This document shows, in pieces, positions 1 to 11,896 of a DNA stretch of 64,000 nucleotides. A model generated the notes under the pieces. The model saw only the letters and a list, made by a program, of their open reading frames with translations. It was not told the DNA's origin and made no database searches. This stretch comes from Fistulifera solaris (lineage: Eukaryota): the NCBI GenBank assembly GCA_030295235.1, contig AP026146.1, positions 248,001 through 312,000 on the forward strand, in the 5' to 3' direction. Each line of letters opens with the position of its first letter. Position 1 is the stretch's first letter. Made by a program: the position numbers and the translations under genes.

Positions 1-1
1 G

Positions 2-193
2 CAAAGTCCTACGTACGAGCGGTATAACAGCATTTATCGGTCGACGGAACCGTTACTGCCGACCTTACCGACCCAAGCCCTGTGTGTTGGCAATGCCGGA
101 ACGGGACAAGGTGTCCGTGCTGCTATGGAATGGTTGTTGCCTTTGGCGAAGCAACAACAACGTGCACCTGACAAATTGTCGGTCGAGTATTGA
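2..193 (+). CDS. C-terminal end of a probable ARF/ARL-family small GTPase (5' truncated by window edge)
   Basis: Frame 2 is open from the window start to TGA at 191-193 and ends ...LCVGNAGTGQGVRAAMEWLLPLAK..., resembling the ARF-family C-terminal 'SAxtGxGvxexxxWL' motif. Confidence 0.5.
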   Translation, partial: QSPTYERYNSIYRSTEPLLPTLPTQALCVGNAGTGQGVRAAMEWLLPLAKQQQRAPDKLSVEY

Positions 194-353
194 AGAGTAA
201 AAACTATTTTACAAAGACGCTAGTCACTCGAATCAATCTAATGAATTTAATGAGCATAAAAAGGTTCTTATTTCATTTTATCCTTACAAAGTACAGAGTT
301 AGAACTGTCGTGTTGACGCCTTGCCTTCAAAACCACAAAAAGAGTACACCCTC

Positions 354-923
354 TTACAAATCCTCCACTTGAATAATTTGTCCTCGATGATCGCGAGGTT
401 TCTTTGGCTTCTTGGTCCACTGTCCTTCCTTGTAACTGGATCGCAATATGATTCGGGGTGGATCGGCCGGGGCATACAGCAGAGCGGAATGTCCCGACGT
501 TTCAATCAATTCAACTTGTGTTCGTGTTTTTGTTGACATGAAATAATTCAATTCCAACACCATCTGTTGCGCGGTTACATATACGTGACGAATATTGTCG
601 CGAGAAATTCCCCGAATTTGGACCAATTCGTGTTGTTGCAAAGCCTCCCAAATGGCGGGGAACGACGACGACGACGACGACGTCATCATCATTCCATCCT
701 CTTGATCCGGAAGAAAGACTTGTGAGAGCGATTTCCGTGCCAATCGTTGGGCGGCTTCTTTGCGTAAGAATTTGATTTGATTGGGTGTTACGGCGAACAG
801 ACGTGTCGTCGTCCAATACGTTCTCCTTGTTGTGGGTGATGTGACAGAAAAGGCGTGGAGGGTCTCCGCCCAGAAGAAGAAGAAGAGTAATATCCCGAGA
901 AGAAAGCGAAAGGTCGATGGCAT
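354..923 (-). CDS. Plastid-targeted CRM (CRS1/YhbY) RNA-binding domain protein
   Basis: Hydrophobic signal peptide ending HA-FSV plus a T/R-rich transit peptide; YhbY-like motifs TPNQIKFLRKEA, EALQQHELVQIR and ELIETSGHSALLY. Confidence 0.75.
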   Translation of the reverse strand: MPSTFRFLLGILLFFFFWAETLHAFSVTSPTTRRTYWTTTRLFAVTPNQIKFLRKEAAQRLARKSLSQVFLPDQEDGMMMTSSSSSSFPAIWEALQQHELVQIRGISRDNIRHVYVTAQQMVLELNYFMSTKTRTQVELIETSGHSALLYAPADPPRIILRSSYKEGQWTKKPKKPRDHRGQIIQVEDL

Positions 924-1125
924 GTTTTATTGTGGTCTCTGAATAATGGAATCAAGAAAAAAATCAAAAAAGAATGATAGTGAAAGTCCAAAATGGTTCG
1001 AATGAAAAGGATCGATGTTTTTTTTTTTACTCTGATTTCTTTTCGTCTCGTCGCATCGTCAGTTTTTTTTTTTTTGAATGGGTGTGAAGGAACGAAGGTT
1101 TTCTATAGTATCAAAGTGTAAACCA

Positions 1126-1148
1126 ACACGACACGGTTTCAGTCACGA
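1126..1148. promoter_or_regulatory. Degenerate copy of the 23-bp palindromic element
   Basis: ACACGACAC-GGTTT-CAGTCACGA, ~200 bp upstream of the CRM gene. Confidence 0.45.
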
Positions 1149-1608
1149 CAGAGCTCGTTCTAGACTTTCTCTCTCTCTCAAGAGGGTCTTTGTTATTATT
1201 TGTTATTACCCAGTTGTGACGACGCATCCGTTTGGTGCCAGTCACTTCTGTTTTGGCTTCCTAGACATTATGAATTGAAAAGACACCCTCGGTTGGCTAT
1301 ATAAGCAAACGATATCGGAAAAATCGTTCTCTCATCTCTCTCTCTCTAGAGAGCGAATGCAGTGGGACATCAGCGAGACACAACTTGGAGTTCGAAATGG
1401 AATATAAAACCACAATTGAGTGATTGTGAACGAATTACTGGTGTCATGTGTTGGCAATGATTGCAATTCTATTTTGATGGACAGTGAGCAGATCAATGAC
1501 TTTATAGAAAATATAAACTAGCTACAGTTGTACAATACAAAGTAACAACAACAACAACACCAACAACAAAAACAACAATTACCACCACCACGCATCACGC
1601 ATCACGCA

Positions 1609-1971
1609 TCACCTCCGCGTCGTATCTTGTTCAATCCGTTTCCATGCCGCTAAAGTCGCATCATTGAATTTTTGTTGCACTTGTTGCAAACAATCCCGTC
1701 CCGTAATCATCATGCGTGCCAATATCAATGGATCTGTTTCTTGTCGTGAGGCAACAAATTCTTGACGAGCCTGTTGTTTGAGGAGAAGATTGTACGGTTT
1801 TCCGGTAACCGGATCCGCCCAATGAAAATGTTTGGCCGTTCGCAATATTTCACGATACAACGATAACGCTTCTTTGCGACGGGTCGTGTCGGTGAGATGT
1901 TGCATTGTCGTCGTCGTCGTCGTCGTTGTCTCGAGTGTTTTGGCATTTGGAATCCATATTCGTGGGGGCAT
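1609..1971 (-). CDS. LYR-motif (Complex1_LYR) mitochondrial protein
   Basis: EALSLYREILRTAKHF...ARQEF...ETDP pattern typical of LYRM proteins; the start may be the downstream Met (MQHL). Confidence 0.8.
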   Translation of the reverse strand: MPPRIWIPNAKTLETTTTTTTTMQHLTDTTRRKEALSLYREILRTAKHFHWADPVTGKPYNLLLKQQARQEFVASRQETDPLILARMMITGRDCLQQVQQKFNDATLAAWKRIEQDTTRR

Positions 1972-2120
1972 CTTTTATTGACAGGAATGTTTATCGTTAA
2001 TATTGATAAAAGGGGGGAGAATGAAAATGAAAATGAAAAGCGAAATCGTAACAACAACAACAACCATCAGAGTGCAATTACTCCGTAAAAAAACAAGAAA
2101 AGAAAAGTGGCAACGTGATC

Positions 2121-2152
<32 letters not shown>
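2121..2152. repeat. (GAT)10 microsatellite
   Basis: Read directly from the sequence. Confidence 0.9.
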
Positions 2153-2549
2153 CACGATCGAGACGACGCACGCACGCACGGTACATGAATTGAATGTCGG
2201 TCTGTTGTTTCGTTTGTTTTTGAACGGACGACGGTTCGACGAACGGCATTGGAACGGAAATGAATTGGAAGTTGGAAGGAATGAATAGTACTTGGAAAGC
2301 CAGTCTCTCAATTGGACTATTTTGTATAGTGTAACATTTGGTACCGATGCCGACCGAAAGTGGAACCAAAAAAAAAGAATGGAAAGCAAAATTTCGAAAC
2401 TGCGGTTTGTCTTTCATCCCATCGGAATGTGTTTTTGTCATTGCCTTATTTCCGCATATCATCGGTTGCAAATAATACAAACTCATTCCATTCTTACTTT
2501 TTTTCTTTCTTTCATCTGAATTTTTCAACTTTCTACCGACAGAACCAAA

Positions 2550-3035
2550 ATGAAATTCACAGCTGTCGTTCGAAATGACGACGTCTCACATTATTATTTG
2601 TCGGAACATACTCGCCTCCTCCTTTTACGGACCGATGATTCATTCTCTTCGTCGACAGAGAAGAATCATCGAGACGACGAATCATCATCAACCAATAAGA
2701 CATTTTACTGGATAGGCGGTACCGGTAGCTTACTGTTGTTGTTATGTGGACTCTTCTTCTTCTTTTCAACTCCTTCTACATCGTCGACGACGACTCCTCA
2801 TTCATTGGACGATGAGGCCACCATCCTGCAACTTTTGCGACATTGGGATGCATGGGGAAAACCGAAAGCATCGTACGATATGTGGGGGAAGAAATACACG
2901 GACGAAAGTACTACTTTCGACGATTCATCGTCGTCATCGTCATCATCATTGCGTCCCAAGAAATCATCGAATTCATCGCCTGCTGACGAAAACGAAGAGG
3001 ATCGTCCTCCAGAGGATGGGACAAAGGAGAAGAAG

Positions 3036-3066
<31 letters not shown>

Positions 3067-4449
3067 ATTTGCATCAAGCACAAGAATGGGCGCAAGACAC
3101 ATGGAAGAATGCTTCACACGAAGCCGAACAGTGGTGGCAGGATACTGACCACAACAGACAATCGACACAAGAATGGTTTCATCAAGCCTGGAATCAAACA
3201 TCCCAACAAGCGCACGCGGTATGGAACCATTTACGACAACAAGAACAACCCCAAATTTGGTGGAATCAAACGATGCACACGGAACAGCAGTGGTGGAATC
3301 AGACCTTACGACATTTGCATCGCTTCGGAACGACCGTGCAGTCGTGGTGGGGACAGGCCACAGACGAGACGCAAAACGAACAACAAGTGTTGGGACAAAA
3401 GTTTCAACAGTGGTGGGCACAGGCCAATCAAGTCGAACGGCAGTGGTGGAAGAATACCGTCCAAGCTTCACGACAATTCGAGCAAGTCGCGGAACAAAAA
3501 ACCGGTCTCTGGTGGAATGCGACCAAGGTGGCGACCGGAAAACAGTGGAATACTACCGTTCATCAAGAACAGGTGTGGTGGAATGCTACAGAACGATGGT
3601 TCCATGATCATCAATTGGTGGATGGTACTACGGCTGCGGACCAGCCTTTACTGTACATGAATTCATCGCAAGCATATTCCATGCTCATGAATGGCTACGG
3701 ATGGTACGATTATTCGTCCGATTTCTTCTTGTATCAATTCGGGATGGGATGCCCAAATCAATCAAGCCTACTGTGCTGTGGCGTCTTCGGCAGCCTTGCT
3801 CAATTCCCTGCGTGCTCAATTGAGTGATGCTTTGCCCATGGATCCCATGTACGAACCCCACCCGTACGCAACACAGCCCATTCTGTTAAGTGCTGACTGC
3901 GTCCATCGCAAAGTGGTCCGATACAACGATACCTTCAATGGCATTTTGCAATTTCCCGGTGGACTCTCGTTATCGCAGGCCCGACAACTGCTCCAATGTC
4001 ATTTGAATCCATCAATCTGGGATGTGACTATCTTTCACGTCGATCCCTCCGCTACGACGACCGATCAAGTCCGCAGGGATTTGCAAAGTGCACTCAAAGA
4101 CCCGAATGCTCGTGTTTTGATCAACTACGATCGACAGAGATTGGGACAAGACGGTGGAGGACACTTTTCGCCACTGGGTAGCTATTCACCACAGCATGAC
4201 GCCTTCTTGATTATGGATGTTGCCAAATACAAGTATCCTCCCGTTTGGGTCCCCACCGCTCGCTTGGTGGCAGCCATGGGAACGATTGATGTTTGTGGGA
4301 TGTGGGATTTTCCGCAACAACAGGATCGATTGGCGGAGAAGGACTTGTTGCGGCCCGACTCGACACGGTCGTTGGAAAAAGCACAGGCCATATTGGGCTG
4401 TGAAGAACGCTTCCGAGGATATCTGATTGTGAAACGTAAGACAGAATGA
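2550..4449 (+). CDS. Phytochelatin synthase-like protein with an N-terminal TM segment and Trp-rich repeat stalk (one frameshift at ~3741)
   Basis: PCS motifs QINQAYCAVAS (Cys), GGGHFSPLGSY (His) and IMDVAKYKYPPVWV (Asp). ORFs 2550-3827 and 3691-4449 join by removing one base near GGG 3741-3743 (YQ.GWDAQ). Confidence 0.8.
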
Positions 4450-4652
4450 GGAAATGGCATTACAAACAAGATGCAATGGTTTGATCTGGAAAAAGTGAAT
4501 GTGAATAGGAAGGTCGTGAACCAAATCCGTCAAAAAATGTTAAATTTAATTGTGAATTGACCTTTGTACTTTATATCTTGTTTCAGGTGTATTGCACTTC
4601 CTTTTCTTCTGATATTGAAACTTTGTTGTGTATTTCTTTGACCTTTGGATCA

Positions 4653-5588
4653 TTACGATGTACTAGCCCTGCGACGTCCAAAAAGAAATCGTCGTGCTAT
4701 CACAAAATGCGTGTGAGACTGTATGCTTGAAAATCCAAAAAAGAAAAACGAACGCTCGTTGTAGAGCAACATACCAGACCGGGTGGATTGACTCATCGTA
4801 TTGGTGGGTGGTCCTCCACGTCCATTGAGGCGTGTCGTTACTTGGATGGGTGGAAGATAATCGGGACTTTGAAACATGGGCACTTTTTTGGGATTGTCTT
4901 CTGTCGTCGCTGGGTGGTTGTGGCGTCGTCGTGGAGGCTTTTTCGGGGGAGTGATCTCGTTTGGTAACGAATGCGAGTCCGTGCTGTTGGTTCGTGTGAT
5001 GGGGGCACGTGCGAACCAGGAATCATCCAAGGAATGTCCTCGTCTTCGTTCGGGGGCTGGTATTCGCGGAGACGAAGAGTCGTCATCAATGTGTTCATCA
5101 AATGGATTGATGGGAACTATAGGAGACTCGGTAGCAAAGGGAGTGATTTGTGGTGGTGTCGAATGTTCCGTAGTGGGACGAATGATCAATGATGCTGTTC
5201 TGGATGAACCGCATAAACAACAAACAGGATTCCCATCTTCCACATTGTTCTCGTATCGACATTGCGTACAAGACCATTTACTGGTAGAGCGATCTGCTTT
5301 CGTAAGTAGTCCATTGGTATTTTGGCTATCACTGGATTTGGTACGAAAGATTTTGGGCAACGGAACTTTGCGTTGTGTTGTTAGGGCCACCTTTTTCCCT
5401 GTGTCGATGAATATGCCGGAAGTTGTCTGATCGAGTGTTCGTGCGACAATTTGGGCGGTATCGTCTTCTTCTTCTTCTTCAGCTAACTGCGGACGCTGGC
5501 CTGCTAATGATGAAAGCCGATGGGCGCCTTCATCCCTAGCTGCCATGTTGTTGGTGGCTTCGTTTGTGAGTTTTTGGGAAGGGCTCAT
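4653..5588 (-). CDS. Low-complexity protein with a RanBP2-type zinc finger
   Basis: WSCTQCRYEN...VCCLCGSSR; probable in-frame intron 4697-4774 (GTATG...ATAG). Confidence 0.6.
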   Translation of the reverse strand: MSPSQKLTNEATNNMAARDEGAHRLSSLAGQRPQLAEEEEEDDTAQIVARTLDQTTSGIFIDTGKKVALTTQRKVPLPKIFRTKSSDSQNTNGLLTKADRSTSKWSCTQCRYENNVEDGNPVCCLCGSSRTASLIIRPTTEHSTPPQITPFATESPIVPINPFDEHIDDDSSSPRIPAPERRRGHSLDDSWFARAPITRTNSTDSHSLPNEITPPKKPPRRRHNHPATTEDNPKKVPMFQSPDYLPPIQVTTRLNGRGGPPTNTMSQSTRSGMLLYNERSFFFFGFSSIQSHTHFVIARRFLFGRRRASTS

Positions 5589-6044
5589 GAAATGAATTGA
5601 AATGAATTAACGACTTTCACAACAACCGATCCGTTTCCCTTGCTCAGTAGGAGTGATAGGTCTGTAAGATTCCTTGTATTGCGCTCTTACAACGATGCAT
5701 GTGCTATGCAAATGCTGTTGATCGTCGTCGCTTGCTTTCGGCAACCATTTCTTGGCGATCTTGTCGCTGAAGAACGCGGAGGAGGCACTTTTTTACATAC
5801 TACGTAATTGATTATTGTGGATTGTGGGTCATTCTCGGCATGCGGGGCTTAAATTTTCAGTTGGGAATGGTCATTCTCCCAATCCTTATTGGCGTTAACG
5901 TTACTGACATCAAAACCATGAGTTAGCTAGACGTCCATCACGAAATGATTCATTCTTTTGAACTAATCGAGCTGTCCTGCTATTTAAATTCACTACGCAA
6001 TTGGCCTCTTTTTTTTAAAAAAATAAAAATGTAGTTTTTTTAAC

Positions 6045-7594
6045 TTACGCCTCGGGCTTGGCAGCACCGGGACCCGTCGGAATGATTTCGCCCGCTTCCC
6101 TCAAAACAGCCGCAAAGTATTCAATCGTTTTCTTAAGTCCTTCATCCACCGATACCTTGGGCTCCCAATCCAGTTCCCGTTTGGCCGTTTGAATATCCGG
6201 TCGGCGCTGCTGAGGATCATCTGTGGACTTGGGGAGTTTGATGATTTGCGAAGACGATTTCGTCAATGCCTGGACGTGTTCGGCGAATTCCGCAATGGTC
6301 CATTCGGACGGATTGCCCAAATTCACCGGTTGGGTGTAATCGTTGTTCATGAGTGCATGCAATCCATCCACCAGATCCGAAACATACTGGAAGGAACGAG
6401 TTTGTTTTCCATCACCGTAAATCGTCATGTCTTTGTTCTGCAAGGCTTCAATGATGAAATTGGACACCACCCGACCATCGTTCGGGTGCATGCGGGGACC
6501 AAACGTATTGAAGATACGGGCCACACGAATGTCCAAACCATTTTGTTTCTGATAACTGTACATCATGGTTTCCGCGACACGTTTGCCTTCATCGTAACAG
6601 GCCCGCGGTCCGATGGTGTTGACGTGACCCCAGTAACTTTCCGGCTGCGGACTGACTTCGGGGTCTCCGTAAATTTCCGACGTGCTGCTGAGCAAAATAC
6701 GAGCGTGGACACGCTTGGCGAGACCCAACATGTTGAGTGTGCCCATGACGCTGGTTTTTATCGTTTTGACGGGATTGTACTGATAATGGGGCGGTGATGC
6801 TGGGCAGGCGAGATGGTAGATTTGATCGACTTCCAATTGGATGGGTTCGGTGACATCATGCACAATCAAACTGAAGTGTGTAGTAAGCAATGAAATGCAG
6901 GTAAGAAATAAATGTGTCGTTGAATGTATTGAACATGAAGAAAATCGCAGAATCGAACCATGAAAAGAAACGCACCTGAAATTCGGATGATGAAGCCAAT
7001 GCGCAATATTTTTCTTTTGACCGGTAAAAAAATTATCCACCACAATCACTTCATGACCTTCCATCATCAATTTGTCCACGAGATGAGATCCGACGAAACC
7101 GGATCCACCGGTCACGAGAATCTTCTTGCGATGATGATCCGGAAGATAGGCCGTTTTCATCACATACGGAGTCGTCGAGGTCGGCAAGGATTGCTTCGAA
7201 AGCACATCTCGGTCTTCGAGTAGACGTTTCTCGGCTTCAGTCGTAATTTTGGCAATGGTAGTTTCCAAAGTACGTTGATCTGCACGCAAATAAGGGTTGG
7301 AAGATTCGGCGATGGGGTAAGGATTCGCTGGAGTGGATTGTTTTCCAATTTCGGAAGACTCTGCATCGCTTTCTCAATGTCCATTTCGACTAGTAAGACC
7401 GGCAAAACCACATATCCTACCAAAATACCTGCACCCAGTAACGCCAGGGACTGACGACTCCACAATCCTCCTCCTCCTCCTCCGCGTCCTCCTTCGACGA
7501 CGCCGTGACGACGCGTTAACGATCGCGAAGTTGCGACATTATTGTTACTACTCGATGGATGACGACGTTCCGTCAAAGAAGTTACTCGCACCAT
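6045..7594 (-). CDS. UXS1: Membrane-anchored UDP-glucuronate decarboxylase (UDP-xylose synthase)
   Basis: [31 protein letters not shown] and [10 protein letters not shown] motifs. N-terminal TM is in ORF 7160-7594, with a frameshift between ~7290 and 7375 (likely the T-run at 7341-7344). In-frame intron 6871-6975. Confidence 0.93.
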
Positions 7595-8000
7595 TTTGCA
7601 GGTTTCCTTGTAGCTTTTGTGGAAATTGAAGAAATGAAACGAACCAGCTGCTTCCTCTCAATTGTATTATCACGAATTGTTGCGAACTTTTGCTGGATGG
7701 TACTAGTAGAAATGGGTGCGGTTGCTGTGACTTTCCAGTCTTTGTTTGGAAAATACACTTTTGTCGTACAGTGAACGCTTATTTATGGCCGGGACACAAC
7801 ACATACGTCGGAGTAGCCTATTCAGTCACGGACTAAGTACAGCATCTCATGCATGATCAATAATCAAGTCCAGTACCAGGTAGAGAGAGAGGGAGACGAA
7901 GCGCGACAGCTGGGGCAACGAAGCATTTACTCTATAATACGAGAGAAATTAATGAATCAAGAGAGTAATAGTCTTCATCTAAGTGGCTCCTACAAGTCCT

Positions 8001-11000
8001 CTACAAGTCCTCATCAATGATTTCCGACGGCTTGATAATACCCGGAATGGCGCTCCGCTCCGCTTTCAACGCTTGTTCACGTTCACGAGCGGCACGTTCC
8101 TGTTCTTCCGAATACAACGCCGAGTTATCTTCGGTACTGAATTCTTTGAGTTCAATCAAAAAGTCTCGCAAATGCAACTTAAAGGTTGGTAAATCCATTT
8201 GGAGGTCAAACATTCCCTCCACAAATTTGCTCACTTGACTGCGCGTGAGATTTGGAAAGCTCGTAATCAAAAGATTGGAAATGTGACTGCGCAAAAACGC
8301 CGGATTGGTCGTTCCGGGTGGTTGTGTCGCCGGGTCGAAGAGTGGCAATGTCACCTGGTTCATCTGTACCAAATGGAACATGTGCCGCAATAAGGTGGCG
8401 TGCATTTTGAATCCGGATTTATGCAGCCGATCCGTCATCACGGCAAATACATCTTGAATCAAGCCTAACAGGTACTGCTGGTAAAATGGTTGAGCAACGC
8501 TAGGTGTTCCGCCGACATTCAGAAGCAGTTCATGTAATACATCAAGCCCCTAGTCAGAAGAGAGTGTTAGCTATAAAGCGGAAAGACATAAAACATAAGG
8601 ACCACAGGATAGAACGTACCGTATCCGATATGTTGCGCTCGGTGTGTTTCATTGCCCAAACCACAGAGTGCACGACCAGCTTTTGGTGCTCGGGTGGTAT
8701 GTTGAATAAAGCCGGGAAACAGTGCTTGTTAATCGCTCGAAGGAATTCGAAGAAGCGGATACGGTGCTCTGGGAAATCCTCAAAGTTCTTAGTGATCATA
8801 TCCAGCGTAACTTCAAAGACGGCTTCCATTATCCTGGGAACGTCTTGCAGCACGTGATTCTTCAACTTAATAACCACCGTCGTGAACAATTTTAGAACTT
8901 CCGGATCTCTCGCGTCGGCAATATTCCGCTTGTAATCTCCAAGGATTGGATCCAGGACTGGAGGGATAAAGCCTTGCGCAACAGCAAGCGGCTCTGCTTC
9001 AGGAGGGCCACTTTTGTCAATAAACACATTTAACAGTCGCAACACTTCCTTCTTAGCACTTCTCAAAGTTCGAACGAGACTCATTTTCGTGGCAATCGCA
9101 CCCTGCATCGCGACCTCGGCGGATATACGTTCCGAGTAAACCTTGTAAACATTGAGCATGTCGACAAAGAATACTTTCAGTTGATGAGTAAAAGAGGTCC
9201 AGTAGCCATGCAAACTCTATTGTTCGTTTTAAGAACCTTCGTGAGTTCTTTGATAGTGTTCGGATCCACCAGTGAGTTCACATCGTTGCTCGCTCGTTCC
9301 ATATTCGTCCGCCAGAGCTGATTGGGAAGCTCCATCAACTTAGCTAGTAAACCTTCACGATTGATTGTGTTGGAAACGCCCGTATCACTTAACATGATAC
9401 CAACTGCTTCGTAGAAAGCTTGAACTTGATGTGATTCCAAGTCGCTAATGATGCTCGGTAGGTTATCCACCAAGTCGCACACGAATGGAACGCTTTCGTC
9501 GGACTGCAAAGTAACAAATTTCCGCTTGCATTTACTAGCGATCTTGAGGAAGGTATCGCATGCCATGTCTTGCACACCTGGGTGTAGTTCGTGCATAAAT
9601 TCAAACAGTTTGTTCACGACGGTTTTCAAAAACTTCCAATGGGCTCTTAGGAATCGAGGGTACTGCCCGACAACGTACATGATATTTGAAGCAACAACGG
9701 CTTTGTTATCTTTCCCCGTTTCTGTTCACACAGCCCCAGCAGATCCTTGATAACAGTGACGAGGAATCGTTTTTCTTCTTCCTCGCTCATAGCTCCAGAA
9801 ATACTACCAATCGCCCAGCATAGAGTGTTGAGGTTGTTCCAGCTCCAGCCACTTCCATCTACCTGTTCGGTCAGTTTCGCGAGCATGATAGACTCCGTGT
9901 CTTCGCATGACAGGTGTGTCAAGTATACTAACGTATCGCGCATAGTATTATACTGTGCAATGACGTCCAGATCTTTCGCAGTTTCTCGTACGATATCACC
10001 GTTTTCGTCTTCCACAATCAGGACTTCTTCGGGCTTGGCCATGCTCGCTATCATGACTTGACGAACCCCGTTCAGAACAGGACTGTAGAGAAACTTTCTC
10101 GAGTTTCCTTGCTGACCGCCGAAACCAGAATGACCATTCAAATTGAGCACATTCCCTCCGATTGAACCATTGTTATTATGCGATGAAAACTCCGACTTAT
10201 AAAGGCCTTCCGCAAGCATATACCACGCTTCGAGGCAAATACGGAAAATCTCAACGTCCTTGACACTCGACACGCGAACCAAATAAAACATGCCCGTGAT
10301 CAATGCTTGGTGTGATTCTGGGACCTCCATTACCAGCAAATGCGCTTTGAAGAAACCAGAAAGGAACATGGCTAGTTTTTGTATGAATATGCGATCGTCT
10401 TCAGACCCATTATCATACGCAGGTTGCAGGTCGGTCTCTGGACTGAAGATGTCAGCCAGTCGCATCAGAAACTCCGCCAATAACTTCCGGAACAGCGGAT
10501 CATACTGCGGATCGAGTCCACTGAGCGAACCGATTTCGGTCAAGCAGTCCAGTGCGTCGTTGCGGAAAGTTTGTACCGGAAAGAACTTGTGTACCAGAAC
10601 ATCAATGAGCGTTGTTTGGAAAATAAATCCAAGCGGAATCCACGTCAAAAAGCGCTGCAAAGTCTGAAGTGTGACTTTCAGGAGGCTAGGGCGCTGCGAA
10701 TTGGATAATACGAAATCACAGAGCTGGTAGATCTGCGTAAACTCCCCATTGAGAGACTCCTTCATACGCTTCACTTTCTCGGTAATCATCTGATCCTTCG
10801 AAAAGTCAAAGACTTCTTCCGACAGCAATTTCAGAATTTGCATATTGTTCTCACAAAGAACTTCGCTTGTTTTTGATGACCCGACGAGATCGGAGATGAA
10901 TGAAGGCCAATTGTGCGGCCATTCATGCTTCAGAATCTCTACCAGCGTCAAGTTGAGTTTGCCGACGAGAACTCTCTCCCGAATGATCATGGCCTCATCT

Positions 11001-11320
11001 TGGCACATGTTAATTATCTTTCCGACAACATAATTTTTTATACCGTCCTTCTGTTCGCTGGGAAGAATTTTCCACTTTGTTTTAATAACATCATCCAGAA
11101 CTTGCATTCCAAAAAATCGAGACTGCGGGTTCGTCGCTTGTTCGATGATCGCGTCAGCTTTCGTCCATAACTCTGGAGCCTCTTGAAGCTGCATAAGTGT
11201 TTTATTGGCTAGTGCCCGGTTTGGGTCGATGGGGTTGTATGCTGCACTTACAACTTTATCCAAGGCGGCGATCGAAAATTCGCCTCCCATGAGCGCATTG
11301 CATGCATTCTGAACGTCCAT
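8001..11320 (-). CDS. XPO1: Exportin-1 (CRM1)
   Basis: Motifs [47 protein letters not shown] and FKLHLRDFL. Frameshifts at ~9711 and ~9192 (missing A, missing T); intron 8550-8619. Confidence 0.96.
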
Positions 11321-11896
11321 CCTTTTGTGGTATTGCGTATTCACTAATCAGCTTCGTCTACTGTGTTATTAATGCGGATTCAATGCTTGTGTTAAATCAA
11401 AAGAATCAATGTCAGGATCGACTTCTCCGATTACTACAAGTCTTTTTATCATGTGCTTATGAAACAGCCATCGGTAACAACGCTCTGTTCGCACGCTGCG
11501 TGCTTTCGCCTTTCTTCCCTGCCACATAAATAACAAGCAACGAATTCACTTGTACACACTAAATCTAGCTTAAAGATCAGGCTATCTACCGCAATGTAGA
11601 CAAGGTTATTCTGATGTCTAAGTACGTCTAAGATTTGGAGGGCAACAGCTACGGTAACAGCAATACTACTATTAGCTGAATAAAGGTTCTCAACAGTGGG
11701 AATCGTACCGGTACCTACTTAAAACGAACTTCTGGTATCCTCCAGTTAGTCACGAGTAATACACGAATGATGAGTATCGCAATTCTATTCGCATTCCATG
11801 TTAATGCTGCATCAGGAACCGTTCTTAGAAAACTATTCGTGTGAAAAAAAATTATGAACTCGATATTTACATCGCAATGAATGAAAAACAATTGCC

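Noticed and set aside
2746..3660. 304-aa alternative-frame ORF overlapping the PCS N-terminal region
   Set aside because: A shadow frame of the Trp/Gln repeat region with no domain features
8001..11320. Programmed ribosomal frameshifting or pseudogenisation of XPO1 and other split genes
   Set aside because: The indels go in both directions, sit in ordinary homopolymers without a shared slippery motif, and the proteins are otherwise conserved; sequencing error is more parsimonious
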